This document shows positions 15,301-27,430 of a stretch of DNA of 64,000 nucleotides, piece by piece. A model generated the notes under the pieces. That model was not told the DNA's origin and made no database searches. It saw only the letters and a list, made by a program, of their open reading frames with translations. The translations under genes and the position numbers were made by a program. This DNA comes from Lepidodermella squamata (Eukaryota; Animalia; Gastrotricha). The stretch spans positions 3,410,001 to 3,474,000 of the forward strand of contig JBLDXI010000001.1 of NCBI GenBank assembly GCA_047495785.1. The letters run 5' to 3'. Positions within the stretch are counted from its first letter, which is position 1; every line of letters starts with the position of its first letter.

Positions 15301-18300
15301 CCGGAGAAATACGCAGACAAACTTGAGGTTTACATCGAGTTCAGCGGAGGGAACCGCCGCCTATCGGAAGGGATGTCGTTTCTCTACCAAATTTTCCCAT
15401 CTGATTTTGGCATGTACCTTCAACAATTGCTGAGTGCCGCTAAGACCAACCGCCACGCTTCGGTTCAAACTCTACTCGACTTTTTCAGCCCGACTTGGCC
15501 GGCATTTGTCGACGAGCGCGACCCGAAAACAGGCGAGACAGCATTGCATGCAGCCGCTGAGGCGGGTCATACCGACATGGTTGAGTTGCTACTGGAAAAT
15601 TACGCGAAAATCAATGTTCAAAATCGGCGACTTGAAACTCCGCTTCATTTAGCGATGGAAAATTTCCAGCGTTTGACGGCTCAAACTCTAGCCGAGTGGG
15701 GTTGTAATTTGAATGTTGGCAATCTGCGCGGTGAAAATGCGATGGCCGTTTGCAAGAATGGAACCCTGGTGAACCATATTTTTGGTTAGCTCGTTCCAAA
15801 ATTTTTATTAGCTGAAATTCCGAAAATTCCAATTTTTTGTCAAGATTGGAGTAACTATTGCAGGCATTCAGCTGAGTGCGTCGCTCGTGACCACGATACT
15901 GGTTATCTATTGTCCGCCATTAAAATGCACAAGCTGGGGCAGAAAGCTTTCGTCAGCCTTCGAAGCCGGTATATTTATTCAAATTTATCATTAATTATTC
16001 AAAATTTGCCTCTTATTTAGCGTTATTGCTGGTAGTACTCTGTTGCATGCAGCCGCCTTTTTAGGAAGCATCGATGCTGTTAAAGAGCTTTTGGATCTCC
16101 ATGTAGACCCGAACGTTAGAGACTACAAAGGTACCTAATTTTCTTAGTAAATATACATTTTTCAGTATTTTTTTTATGAAATTTCAACCCTGGTACACTT
16201 GGAATGACAGAATATTTCATGTCACTGAGCCATCAAATTTTTATCTAGGAATCGATTAATTATTCGGAATGATCTTCATTTACAGCGATTTTTCTCAATT
16301 TTTTATAGGAGCTACTCCATTGCATTGCACGACTGACTTTTCGATCGCGAAAGCCCTGCTTTTAGCCGGTGCGTTGGTGAATGCTACGGATCGCGAGGGC
16401 AACACACCGATGCACTTGCGCGCGTTTGGCGGCTCAATCGCTGAAGCTAAAAACAAGAAGCGAAAGGAAGCTCAAAGCGTGGCAAGTGGAGTTGAAAGTG
16501 CAAGAGATCAGCCTGCGTCATCAATCGATCTTAGCACCGATGTAGTTGGATCTCAGCTGACGTTGAACTCGAGCCGCGAGGAAAAACTCGATCCGAAACT
16601 ACTGAACTTACTGCTAGATTTCAGCGCGGACTTCACCGTTAGAAACAAGAAGGTTTGTTCAAAAAATTGTAAAAGTCATGAAAAAAATATTTTTATTGAG
16701 TAGTCGGTAAAAATGTGTTGATATCTCTTCGTAAAATTGGCTTGTCCTTTTAGGGTCTTTTGCCTATTCACTGCGCAGCTATCAGAGGGCGGCAAGATAT
16801 GATCGAATTTCTCCTCCTGCCAAACGTTGATCCATCAAAACTGCAAGAGGCCGCTCTATTCGAAGAAACCACGAAAACGCCGTCTCTCACTTACTTGGCT
16901 CTGGCGTAAGTTTTCGTTTGAATAAATAGCCTCCTGATTAAACAATCTGAACTTCTAGATATGGACACATCGACTGCGCGACTTGGTTTGTCCAGCTTTT
17001 GAAAATTGTGAAAAAAGATATTTACATAATTGATTTTCTAGGCTTTGTAACAAAGCTGGTTTCAAGCTTAAAGACGGCGAGGCCGATGAATTGGTCTTGA
17101 AATTGCTGACCCACAAAATGAAACTGTAAGTGTCGCGTATAGATAAGAATTAACCGAATTCGTTAATCTTATCTGAAAACAGCGCTGAGCTGGACGTCAC
17201 GCTGAGATTCGTGTTAGAAAACGGAGGAGACCCAAATCCACTCAACGCTGATGGAAACAGGTAGGTGGAAAATTTACTCCATTTACTCGATGTTACGATT
17301 ACAAAAAACGGCCCCATTGCCCAGCTCAAAGTCCAAGGTATTTGCTCTAAGACGATCCCATTTTTTTTCTCTTACCGTATTTACTCAGTAGCGCTACAAA
17401 ATTGTCTTGTACAGTGTATGGATCGTAGTTGCATGCATGCAGTTCATAATTTCTTTCATTCATGAGCTAATAATCGTATTAAGGAGTAATGATGGCTCTT
17501 CATATGTAGTATCAAAACTACGCACATACAGCTGGCTGATGATTGCCGCCAAACTGCACCGGGGTCGCTTAGCTTAGTGTACTCAAGATGGTAAACATCA
17601 CTTATCGCGTTACTTCGAAATGTTTATTAAACCTCCTTCTTTCTTTCGCATGTTTAAAACATTCAATTTGCACCGATTATGCCGTAGATGTTGTAATAAT
17701 AATATAGTAGACGGATATAATGATAATTACGGTATGAATTTCAACGAAGAGACGAAAAACAAAGGTCAAAACGTGTTTCACACTCGCTCTTTCCATTTTC
17801 CATGCGTATAGCAGACGTGTAAATCACATCAATATTTCTCCATAAATTTGAACGGCACATTTATAGCAAATATTATTACCTTTTCCTAATGAAGACCAGG
17901 CCAATAAATGCAATATATCTATTTATTCAGACTAGCGCTGTCATAATAATTATTAATTAGGAAATATCTGCTTGAAACAATAAAATGTGTCAGGTAAATC
18001 GGCATTTTCCTCTTATATTTTAATCATGTGACGAGAAATACCCTTCCCCATATATTTAACAGCAAAGATGAAACGATAAATTAACAACGAAAAATAATTA
18101 TAAATTCAAAAATACGCGCCGGTACGTGACAAATATCGATATTCAAGTATAGTTACATAGAAAAAGCGATTCATAAATTCACCGAAGAAACATTCGCCAT
18201 CCTACATAACGCAGCCTTGAGACTACAGATTTCTTTCCTCTAAGTAGTTCTTCAGGCAAGAAGAGCAGAAGATAGAAAAGGCATAATATGTACCTCGACT

Positions 18301-21300
18301 TCGAGCTGCATAAATGAGTTTAAGATGCGCAAATAACTAATATTCCATGCCACAAACATTTTTCATCTATCAAGTCATCATCTCATTCACCGCTCATTCA
18401 TCACTCAAGATGAACCAGCAATTGAAAGCGCGATTCTCGACGTTGAACAACGCTGATATATTACTACTGACTTCTTTGGTTGACGCAAATTCAGACCAGA
18501 GCCATGAATTAAACGAGGCGGCGTCGCTCCTCAACATATGACGAAAGTCGAGTTGATGCATAATCCTGCAAAAAATACGTCAAATTCATGACTCGGGATG
18601 AATATCTAAATTTACCAAGTAGCTGAAACGAATGGATGACGAAAAATACTGAGCAAGTCCCCATACGGAATATAGCAGGTGAGAGGAAAGAGTGTGAAGT
18701 TGAACCGTTGACAGTAACCAGTCAGTATACTGGTCCACAACCTTGCTGTCGTCTTGCAAACAGCCATTGAAGTCAAACATGCCAGGAGCAGCGGCTTGCA
18801 GATAGGCGCGAATAAATGAGGATTGCTGCTCATGGCTAGGCCACTTTTGAGGCTCATACCGAAAATACGGAGCTTCTTTGCGGCTGTAGTCGAATGTCCA
18901 TTCCATGAAATGATTGGCGATATCAAATGACCGATAGTTGTATGAGCTGTACTCGTAATCAATAAATGTGAGCAAGTCGTCTTTAAACTGCAAGCTTCCC
19001 GAAGGCCCAATCGCGGATTTCTCAGTGGACAACAGAATGTTACCACCTTGCAAGTCATTGTGACAGAAAGCAACATGGGGGATAAGATCGCCGACTGGCT
19101 TTTCATATTTTCGAATCACAGCCTCTGTCGAGACGACATATAAATAAAATCAGTAGTATAAACCACAACGGCCACAAACCTTCAAGATTTTCGATCTCCT
19201 TTGATAAATTCATTTGCAGAATATGATCTAACACAGCAGCATCGACAGTGCTAGTTTCTTTCTGGCCATTTTGATCTTCATAAGCTGAGGTTACTTCATC
19301 CAACCATTCACGCATGTTATCAAACAACCATCTAGGTTTTTTACTGAGAGGCATGTTGACTGCATGCAAATGTGCCATTTTTGTAGCGATATTGAACGAA
19401 ATGTGTGGGTTCGAGAGTTCATGAGGCCTTAATGTACGACAAGGAATATATTCTTCCAGTCGCCCACCAGGAAATATACCATGCAGCCTCGGGCCTAACT
19501 TTCTTTCCGCGAGTAAAGCAAATACAACTGAAATGCAAAGAAATGCATTGAATGGAAGATGAAATTCGTTATTATACCTGCATCTCTGGTTAGCCTGTTA
19601 GGATCATCTCTGAGATGACTTCCGTAAAGCCGGAGGAGCACGTGCCGAGGTTCACCAGACATGGTCGTCTTAATTGCTGATGGTACGGAGCAGAGGAATA
19701 CTTCATTAGACATGCCACCAGATAGGGCTTTAATCCTCAGGTCATTAGGGTTGATATCACTCCAGACACCTCCCAAAAAATCAGAGCACAGCTTTCCGAC
19801 GTCCTCGCAGAAGTTCTTTGATGATAGCATGATAGCATAAATTGATAGATTTCAGATCATTTCAAAACACTAAGTAGAATGAACTTGATTAATAGAATAC
19901 TCGAGATTTGCAGCAATAACAAAACACGTTAGGATATTAGAAATAATTTCCCCTTATGATTTGTTGATGATCACGGATATTGAGTGGAATAAATATTTCA
20001 AATTCTCATCATTAAGAAAAGAGAAAAAAATCGCGCGACGTGACACACGACATATAACTTAGTGGTAAATGGTAACCACCATTCACTGAGGCCTCAGGCC
20101 TCAAGTCGAATTATCGGGTAAGGTGGCAGTTCGGTAGGGAGAAGGGAGACACAAAATGGAGATCGACAATGACACGAATATTAATAGCCGAAGGTTCAAT
20201 CATGTAGTCCAATACGCTAGAGACTTCCTTCAACTCGATACAAGGTTCATTGAGATACGGGCTGGGCGAGCAAATACCGGAATGCACCGCTTAATGGGAA
20301 CAAAAAAAACCAGCACCACACCCGAGGGGAATAGGATGGAGTAGACTTTGAACTGTAGGTCATCGGTCCTAACGTAAAATAAGCTATATTTCGCCGAACG
20401 ACTGCGAAGCTGCACAGGGCTCTGAATAACGCGAAAAAATAGCGACGCCCTTAAAAATAGCGGTGAGAAAGAAAATAAAAGATTTATTCTCAAAATTGGT
20501 AACAAAATATGTTAAATGATTTTCCTGCAAAATTATATTGGTTGGAATACTTACTTATTGCCGCATGATTGCGGCACCGGTCCGCTTAGTTTTTTCAAGC
20601 GTCAGCTCTGACTCATCCCTGACCCGGTTCAGTCTTCACGATTCAAGCTGGATTCGAAAACCAACGTTGCTGGTTTCATGTACTTCTGCGCGGAAGGAAT
20701 GCTCAAGCGCACTGGACAAACTGCCGATTTCTCGCCATTTTCTTTCGCTTCAACCCAGCGATGGTATCCGCTATGACCAAGGCAAGCGTTGAGACGAAGT
20801 AGGTTCCAAACGGGAAATCTAGAGTTAGTAGAACGCTACGAGGGAGACCAGGATATATTATTCTTTCTGTAATGCATACGCTCAGTGTGTATTTTTTCAC
20901 GCGCTGTTCATCGTCACGGCATGCAAATTTCACCAGGAGCATGCAAAACTTATCAGACTTTCAGTTGTGGCTGATTAATTCGCGGGTTGGTGCGGGAAGA
21001 ATAGTTGGAATCTGAAATGACTCACGATATGCAATGTCGTTTAATGACATTTCCTCTTTTTGAACCAAGGCTTTGAAACAATGAAACAATGAAACAATGA
21101 AAAGTTTTATTTTTCCTCCTCCGCTGGTTCATTGTTGGCTTGTGATGGTAATATTCGCACAACAAGAGGAAACGTTTTACCGCAAAGGTTTAGGGGAGGG
21201 TGACGATCAGCGATCACGGGGTGCCGCCATCGGTCAGATCCGTGAAGAGCCTGCTTTTCGCATGAAATTCGAAATTCGCTATTGTTAGGTTTTGAATTTC

Positions 21301-22148
21301 AGACCATTCTTTTATATTAAGGCTTGTATTTTTAATCACAAGATCGGAAATAAGCAACAGCGATCGAAATGTTTGCTTCTTACCTCCAAAGGACTAACAC
21401 TCCATTTTCTCATACGATTAATGTTAGAAGCTTTATTCGTATCATAACAGATCTACCATCCATTGCTTTAATGAGCTTCGCCGATTTTAATAAATGCTGA
21501 TGTTTTTTGTCCAGTGCCCTTCATTTTGCCGCAGTCATGAGAGACACCGTCAATCCGATTCATCTACTAGTAGCCCATGGAAGTGACATTAATAAGCGAA
21601 ACGCTAGCGGTAAGTAGCTAACCCCGTGTAATTTCTGTCGTTCCTGTATAAATTGAGCCGTTATTTTTCAGGCTGCACTCCCCTAATGTTCGCGTGCAAG
21701 GAAAACAATATCTTTACAGCGTACGAATGACTCTAAACTTAATTCACGCTCAAATAATCATTTTTTATAATACAGAATCGCCTTATTAACAAATGGAGCC
21801 GATCCAAATATTACCAACGTTGATGGCCTGGCACCGTTTGATGTAGTGCCGGATTTAGACGAATGGATCCACTCCGGAATGTTTGATCATAATCTGATTC
21901 GACTAATTGAAAGTAACAGAGACTCAGCCAATATTTCATCATGTTAATGACTTCTTTCCTCCTTAGAGCACACTTTGAAACAAGGCCGGCTTCTTGTTCA
22001 CACCATTTCCAACAAAATCGATCAACATCAGCTGAGCCTTATGAGCAGCCAATCTGGGCGACGATATTCATCCCAACAAAGAACGGAACAACCGCATGAA
22101 GATGGCCGAGAATTAATCCCTTCAAATCATTACCTTACGCTTTATTGA
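12302..22148 (+). CDS. Multi-exon protein with two calponin-homology-like domains, a helical/coiled region and many ankyrin repeats
   Basis: CH1-like: RIRGFTGWANVRL..LMSNILSEIMTGSYFKVLVESMTG...IFELMWRLV. CH2-like: IADVRILVPLINYFF..WSMNIILRTADKL..IKTEDLAEADKMATCAYLCSLF. Ankyrin motifs GETALHAAA, ETPLHLA, GSTLLHAAA, GATPLH, GNTPMH, GLLPIHCAA, GNSALHFAA, GCTPLMFAC. Stop TGA at 22146-22148. Exons around 13.5-14.2 kb are uncertain. Confidence 0.75.
18509..19830 (-). CDS. Choline/ethanolamine kinase, 4 exons, nested antisense in intron 17261-21514 of the CH-ankyrin gene
   Basis: LSGGMSNEVF, VLLRLYG, GRLEEYIP, Brenner motif FCHNDLQGGNIL, choline kinase motif IDYEYSSYNYRSFDIANHFMEW; last exon DYASTRL...LV*. 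Confidence 0.93.
21075..21103. repeat. Short tandem repeat (TGAAACAA) x about 3.5
   Basis: tgaaacaatgaaacaatgaaacaatgaaa. Confidence 0.7.
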
Positions 22149-22197
22149 CAATCTTTATTCCTTTTGCAGAATCATCAAAATTATTTTAATAAAAATT

Positions 22198-23411
22198 TCA
22201 CATTACAGAACGATCAGATTTAGCGCATTTGTTTTGAGAGAACACAGGTTTGAATTTCAAGACGGTGGAATGTTTTGCGGCAAACCGAAAATTGATCGCT
22301 TAATCATTTGAGCCATCATGCTTTGAGCCATTTCGGTCGAAAACTTGCAACTATACAAATGATTTTGTGATCCAATGAAGTATGACCGTGAAAAAACTCA
22401 CCAGTCGGTAACTGCTTTCGACATTTTATCGTTAGTAGTACGATCAGGCATCGGCATGGCGAATTCAGCGCGGCCAAATTGCTGCTCAACCTGTTCAAGT
22501 TTATCAGCCACGTCAACCAATTGCGAAGTAATGTGCTCCTCATTCTAAAATAAAATTGGAAAATTAAGAGATAAAGAGACTTTTCTAAAATATTAACCGT
22601 CAATAGTGGCGATGAGGCTAAAACGTTGCTCCAATACAAATTCCAGAGACTTTCAAGAAGACGCTGGTCAAGTTGAGATTTGAAATACGTCACATCGAGT
22701 TGGTAATATTGCTTGCAATGAACGCCGAAATCTTCGATTTTGTTCAGCGGAATCGACTGATACTCCTGGGGTGTGTCGTCCTGAGGTCTGAAACCTTTGG
22801 GATAAGTTCGGAAAGCACCAAGATGAACTTTTCCGGCCGTGATTGTTTTGATTGGATCGACAACAATAGCCAGGTATGGATCTTGGTACTGCTGGTTCTG
22901 CATTTGCGTATCGCAGTCGATGCCGGAAAGCCAACAGCCGTAGTCAGGATGCGAATGATACCAGCCAATAACATTTTCAGGACGACCGGCCTTGAAAAAA
23001 ATGAAATTATTATTTTCTCGTTCAGTTATACTAGTTTACGCTTTTAATTGAATCCGTATATTTGACCATGTATTCGTAAGCTTGAGCCTGGGCGTTGACT
23101 CGAGTTTCAGTACCTTCAACAGGCAAGGCGAAAGAATCCATGACAATCATAGTCGGGCCATCGACTTTCCCCATAATCAGACCCATAACTTCCTTCCGGC
23201 CACCAGATCGACAATGAATAACCATTTTCAGTAAAGCAATTGCCGAAATCTTAACATGTTGAAAGTAATGTGGCTCTTTTTCCCAGGGTTTCGCCTGTAG
23301 AATTTCCTGCTGCTGCCGTTTATCATACTTGTAAATTTCGTCGATTGAAGCGACTGTTTCCATTTTATTCTCCTGCTCCCATCGCTTGAAAAAATTCTGA
23401 ACACTCTTCAT
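22198..23411 (-). CDS. COPS5: COP9 signalosome subunit 5 (CSN5/Jab1), 4 exons
   Basis: [39 protein letters not shown], intact JAMM motif [40 protein letters not shown] at 23411, TGA at 22198. Confidence 0.96.
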
Positions 23412-23490
23412 TATTTCGAAAAACTCTAAAAAATAATTGGTGATATAATTTGTTTTATTTTTTTCCTCCAACCACAACAACGCGTTTCAA

Positions 23491-25134
23491 TTAACGGGTG
23501 AATTTTGATTTTGACAAAGGAGTTTTGAGCTGCTTGTATATTTTCGCCTTCTTTGAATGAGGGTCGCTCGAATGAAATCCTTTATATTCACCAGCTGCTC
23601 GCTTCCTCGGACGGTCTTTCCGGCTAGTGAAAACGCTAAGGTCCACGAAAGGCGGCGTTTTCAAGCCGAAAGCGAGCACAACTTTCGCCAGATCGAGTCG
23701 GGTAACATCGAAAATGTCCTTCAAGCTATGCGAAGCATAAGCACGGACAAAGGTTTTGAAGGCCTCTCGTGCTGATTTGTGCAAGAAATAGTTTTCAGTC
23801 ATCAATTTTTCCAACTGCGGTTGGATATGAGCAACTTTTCCCCACGAAAAATCGTACTCCAACATCGGCACCTTGGCTTGCTTCAAATATTTGAGAAAAT
23901 CGATTTCTTCTGGGCGAAGGAGCAGTAAAGCATTTCCTGTGGCCGAATTGCCACGTGCTGTTCGACCAACGCGGTGAATATACTCTTTCGGATCATCTGG
24001 TGGGTCAAACTGCACGATCCAATCGACCTGGGGGATGTCGAGACCACGAGCTGCAACGTCGGTACACAGCAAGATTCCAGTTTCAGCACGACAGAATTGC
24101 GTGAAAGTTTCGGTTCGTTTCGACTGTTTCTGACGCCCGTGAATGCACATGCACGTCAAGTCGATGTAGTTGAGCAGTTCGTGATGAAATTTCACAGAAA
24201 GGCACGAGTTCATGAACACCATGATTTTCTTATTGCGATTTTTCTTTAAGAACGTAAAAAGGAGCAGGAAACGCTTCTCACTCGGGCAGATCACATAGCC
24301 CTGCTGCAAGCCCTCCACGGTAGCAGTTTTCTGCTCATCGTCAACTCCCAAATACAGCGGTTCCTTGTTGAGCACAGCTTTCGCGAGGTCGTCGATCTTT
24401 GAAGTAACAGTTGCTGAAAACAGCATCGTTTGCCGGTCAGTGGGAAGTAATTTTACAATTTGACGCATCTCTTCTTCGAAACCAATATCAAGACAACGAT
24501 CAGCCTCGTCGATGATCAAACATTTCGTGTTATGGTAGGAAAACTCCGGTGTGTTTTGCATGTGGTCGAGCAAGCGACCAGGGGTTGCTACCAATATATT
24601 GACACCTTTCGATAATTGGCGAGCCTCTTCCTTTCGATTAGCGCCGCCCATTACTAACCCGAAGGTGTGCTTGTGATGAGCCATCAATTGGCGAAGGATT
24701 CCAAGAGTTTGAAGAGCCAGCTCGCGTGTTGGCGACAAAATAATAGCACCAGTGCCGTTACGTGTTTTCATTCCGATCTTTTTCATCATTTCAACCACTG
24801 GAATAAGAAACGCTAAAGTTTTGCCACTTCCTGTTCTAGCCGAGCACATGACGTCGCGGCCTTCCAACAGAGGAGGCAGAGTGAGCTTTTGAACATGAGT
24901 CATGAATGAAAACTTCATATCTTTTAGCGCCTGTTGCGTCTCTGGCGATAGCTTGTCCGCCAAAGAAGAGAATTTAGTATCAGACAGGATTTTGGAGCTG
25001 GCACCAGCGACATTCTCTTCAGCCTCCGCAGATTGCGTGCTTCCATCTTCGCTGTCATTCTCGCTTCCACTCGCATCTTCGCTCTGTGAGTCCTCAGCAG
25101 AACTGTTGGAGGCAATTTCTTCTTCGTCAGACAT
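23491..25134 (-). CDS. DDX18: DEAD-box RNA helicase DDX18/Has1/pitchoune; the coding region is intronless
   Basis: [40 protein letters not shown], plus Has1-type [13 protein letters not shown] and [15 protein letters not shown]. Confidence 0.96.
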   Translation of the reverse strand: MSDEEEIASNSSAEDSQSEDASGSENDSEDGSTQSAEAEENVAGASSKILSDTKFSSLADKLSPETQQALKDMKFSFMTHVQKLTLPPLLEGRDVMCSARTGSGKTLAFLIPVVEMMKKIGMKTRNGTGAIILSPTRELALQTLGILRQLMAHHKHTFGLVMGGANRKEEARQLSKGVNILVATPGRLLDHMQNTPEFSYHNTKCLIIDEADRCLDIGFEEEMRQIVKLLPTDRQTMLFSATVTSKIDDLAKAVLNKEPLYLGVDDEQKTATVEGLQQGYVICPSEKRFLLLFTFLKKNRNKKIMVFMNSCLSVKFHHELLNYIDLTCMCIHGRQKQSKRTETFTQFCRAETGILLCTDVAARGLDIPQVDWIVQFDPPDDPKEYIHRVGRTARGNSATGNALLLLRPEEIDFLKYLKQAKVPMLEYDFSWGKVAHIQPQLEKLMTENYFLHKSAREAFKTFVRAYASHSLKDIFDVTRLDLAKVVLAFGLKTPPFVDLSVFTSRKDRPRKRAAGEYKGFHSSDPHSKKAKIYKQLKTPLSKSKFTR

Positions 25135-25286
25135 TCCGCGAGGCGTTCAAGAATTTAGTAATCAAACACGAATAAAATATCTAAGCAACTGAAAAAGAAA
25201 AAATCGAATCTAGAATCTAAAAGCCCATAGCTGCTGCATGCAAGAAACGCTCCATGCGGTATGCGGTACCTCCATTCATGATAATT

Positions 25287-26190
25287 TCAAGATTAACAGA
25301 TAACAGATGTAATTTTGCGATAAAACCCACTTCTAACATAGCATTGGTGATGCCAGGGTATAACCACGTCTCACAAAGGCATATTACGTCATATTCACAT
25401 GAAATCAGAAATTTAGTTAAGGCAGCTAAATTATTTTTAATACTCCTGCAATTTAGACTATAAACAGAGATAGCAAACAAAATAAACGATAGAGCACTAG
25501 ATTATTTTTGGTCCAAAAGTAGCCCTGCTGAAACGTACTCGCCAGTCTTGAGACGTTATCCGTTCCTATATTGATCGGGACGAAGGCATCAGCCACGTGG
25601 TCATAGGCGAATGAGCCAGCACCCTCAGTCTAGAGCCGGCGCCCGTTGAGCCGAATTTTGAACGCCAGCTCACCTTGACCTGAGCCACCAGAGTAGGTCC
25701 TGAAGAGCTTTGATTTTGGCCGATAGAGCCTTGTTGATTTGTTGCGGTTCGAAATTTTTAGACAGATCGATTGCCGAGAACTTTCCTCACAACCTGGTCA
25801 GCGGAGGCGCCTTTGACGACGACCTGGACCAGTTTCGGGGCTTGGTGAGACATGGTGAACTCAACACCAGCTAGGTCAGGGACCCTTTTCTCAACGAGCT
25901 GGGCGAGACTAGTAGCTGTTTCGCTTGCCTCCGGCTCGACGTTGTGAAGTACCACCGTATGTCGAAGACGTTGTTCTTCGGCTTCATTGAGTCGCAACTC
26001 AAGCCTGAAGATGCGCTTACCTTGTTCCTTGATGGTAGCAACTTGCTTAGAATTTTGTTTTTCAATTTCGGCGAGGCGAGTAATAAGTTGCTCGAGTTTG
26101 TCGAGTTTGTCGAGCAGCTGCTAGTTAGAAGCCTCGGAGATCTTTTTAATTTATCCCAGGTATTGTTGTGAGAGCGTCATTTAACACGCG
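25287..26190 (-). mobile_element. Degraded non-LTR retrotransposon 5' part: ORF1 followed by the start of the ORF2 APE endonuclease
   Basis: ORF1-like coiled coil and RLELRLNEAEEQRLRHTVVLHNVEPE with in-frame stops; APE motifs SLNCRSIKN and DVICLCETWL at 25480-25290. Confidence 0.75.
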
Positions 26191-26275
26191 ACCGAGGTTA
26201 AATAAAAAATGTAGAAAAATCGTAGTTGTGTTCAGAATGAAAAAGTGAAAATACTTCTTATTGGCTTTTTCGGCT

Positions 26276-26326
26276 TCTCTCAACCATAGGATCAAAATAT
26301 TCAATTCATTCGTGGATTTAGAGTTA
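26276..26326 (+). repeat. About 50-bp direct repeat, second copy at about 27807-27857
   Basis: ttctctcaaccataggat(c/a)aaaatattcaattcattcg(t/a)ggatttagagtt occurs twice. Confidence 0.8.
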
Positions 26327-26679
26327 GTATAGAAGAAAATAATTTCGAAATAGCTATAGGCATTCAGAGGTATCATAGTTCTTTTCAACTTAGTGGATGA
26401 TTTAGCTGGATTGCAACAAGAAAGGTGATGTATTAATATATGCCAAATGTCACGAGAAGGTTGATAATTTTTTCAAGAATATATAATAATTTTAATTTTT
26501 GTCAATATAAAATAATCAATTAGTGGATCGCACGACTAAATTGTTTCATCCCGCATTCATAGCAACAATAAATTGACCAATCAGCGTGGGGGTCAAAGAT
26601 TAACTTACTACTTGAAACACAATGTGGCACTTAGTGCTCAGAAATGTAATATAAGGGATTTCGAAATCAGAAAAACCAG

Positions 26680-27430
26680 TTACGTTCCAATAACCACAAA
26701 ATACGTCCATTGGGCTGTGGTAGTGGTCCTAATCGCGGGTGAAGACAGAATCGAAAGAGGCAGTAGCATCAGTAGACTCAACGACTTTGTAATTGTCGCC
26801 ATCAGCGACAGCAACGAGACGGCCAGCGATTGCACCGCCTTTGGTCAACCTGATCCGATTCCGTCGGATTTGGAAAAGGTCGCAATTTTTCTCAGTCTTG
26901 GCTTTGATACCATAGTCGTATAGTGATTTTTGCATCATACGATTTTGGTCGGACAGCCACGGGCGTACTTAGGCAGATTTCTCCTCTTCAGGGATGTTTT
27001 CAACAATATCAGCTATTTTTCATCGGAGGGCATTGGAGTTGGCGTTGGTGGGGATTACGTGAATGGGCCGCGGCCTGGGCAGTGGGCCACCAGCCACAAC
27101 GGCTTACGGCTGCCCCTTCGGCGGATTTTGAAGGATTTGTCTCTCAAAACAGGAATGATTTTACAATTTTATCTCTCAGCTTCTTGCCATCGTTGTCGTC
27201 GTCGATATCAGCGACATTGTTGACAACAATGGTATCTTTCAGCTCCTCTTCCTTGGCTTTATCTTCGACACTTCTCGTAACTGCAGCCATAGTTTGCAAC
27301 GTCTTGGTCAGTCCAGCAATAGTCTCTCCATTGTCAACCAATTTAGCTATGAGCTTGTCTTTCTCAGCAAGTTGAAGCTGAAACTGGAGGCAGACTTCTT
27401 CGGTAGAAGTGGATTCTCAGCGTCGGCCAT
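26680..27430 (-). mobile_element. Second degraded LINE ORF1-like relic
   Basis: Coiled coil plus EDKAKEEELKDTIVVNNVADI (same motif class as the first relic), broken by stops. Confidence 0.5.

Noticed and set aside
23412-23480. N-terminal extension of COPS5 shown in the ORF track (MLWLEEK...)
   Set aside because: It starts at a TTG and runs through the poly(A) signal and acceptor region; the ATG at 23411 fits CSN5 better.
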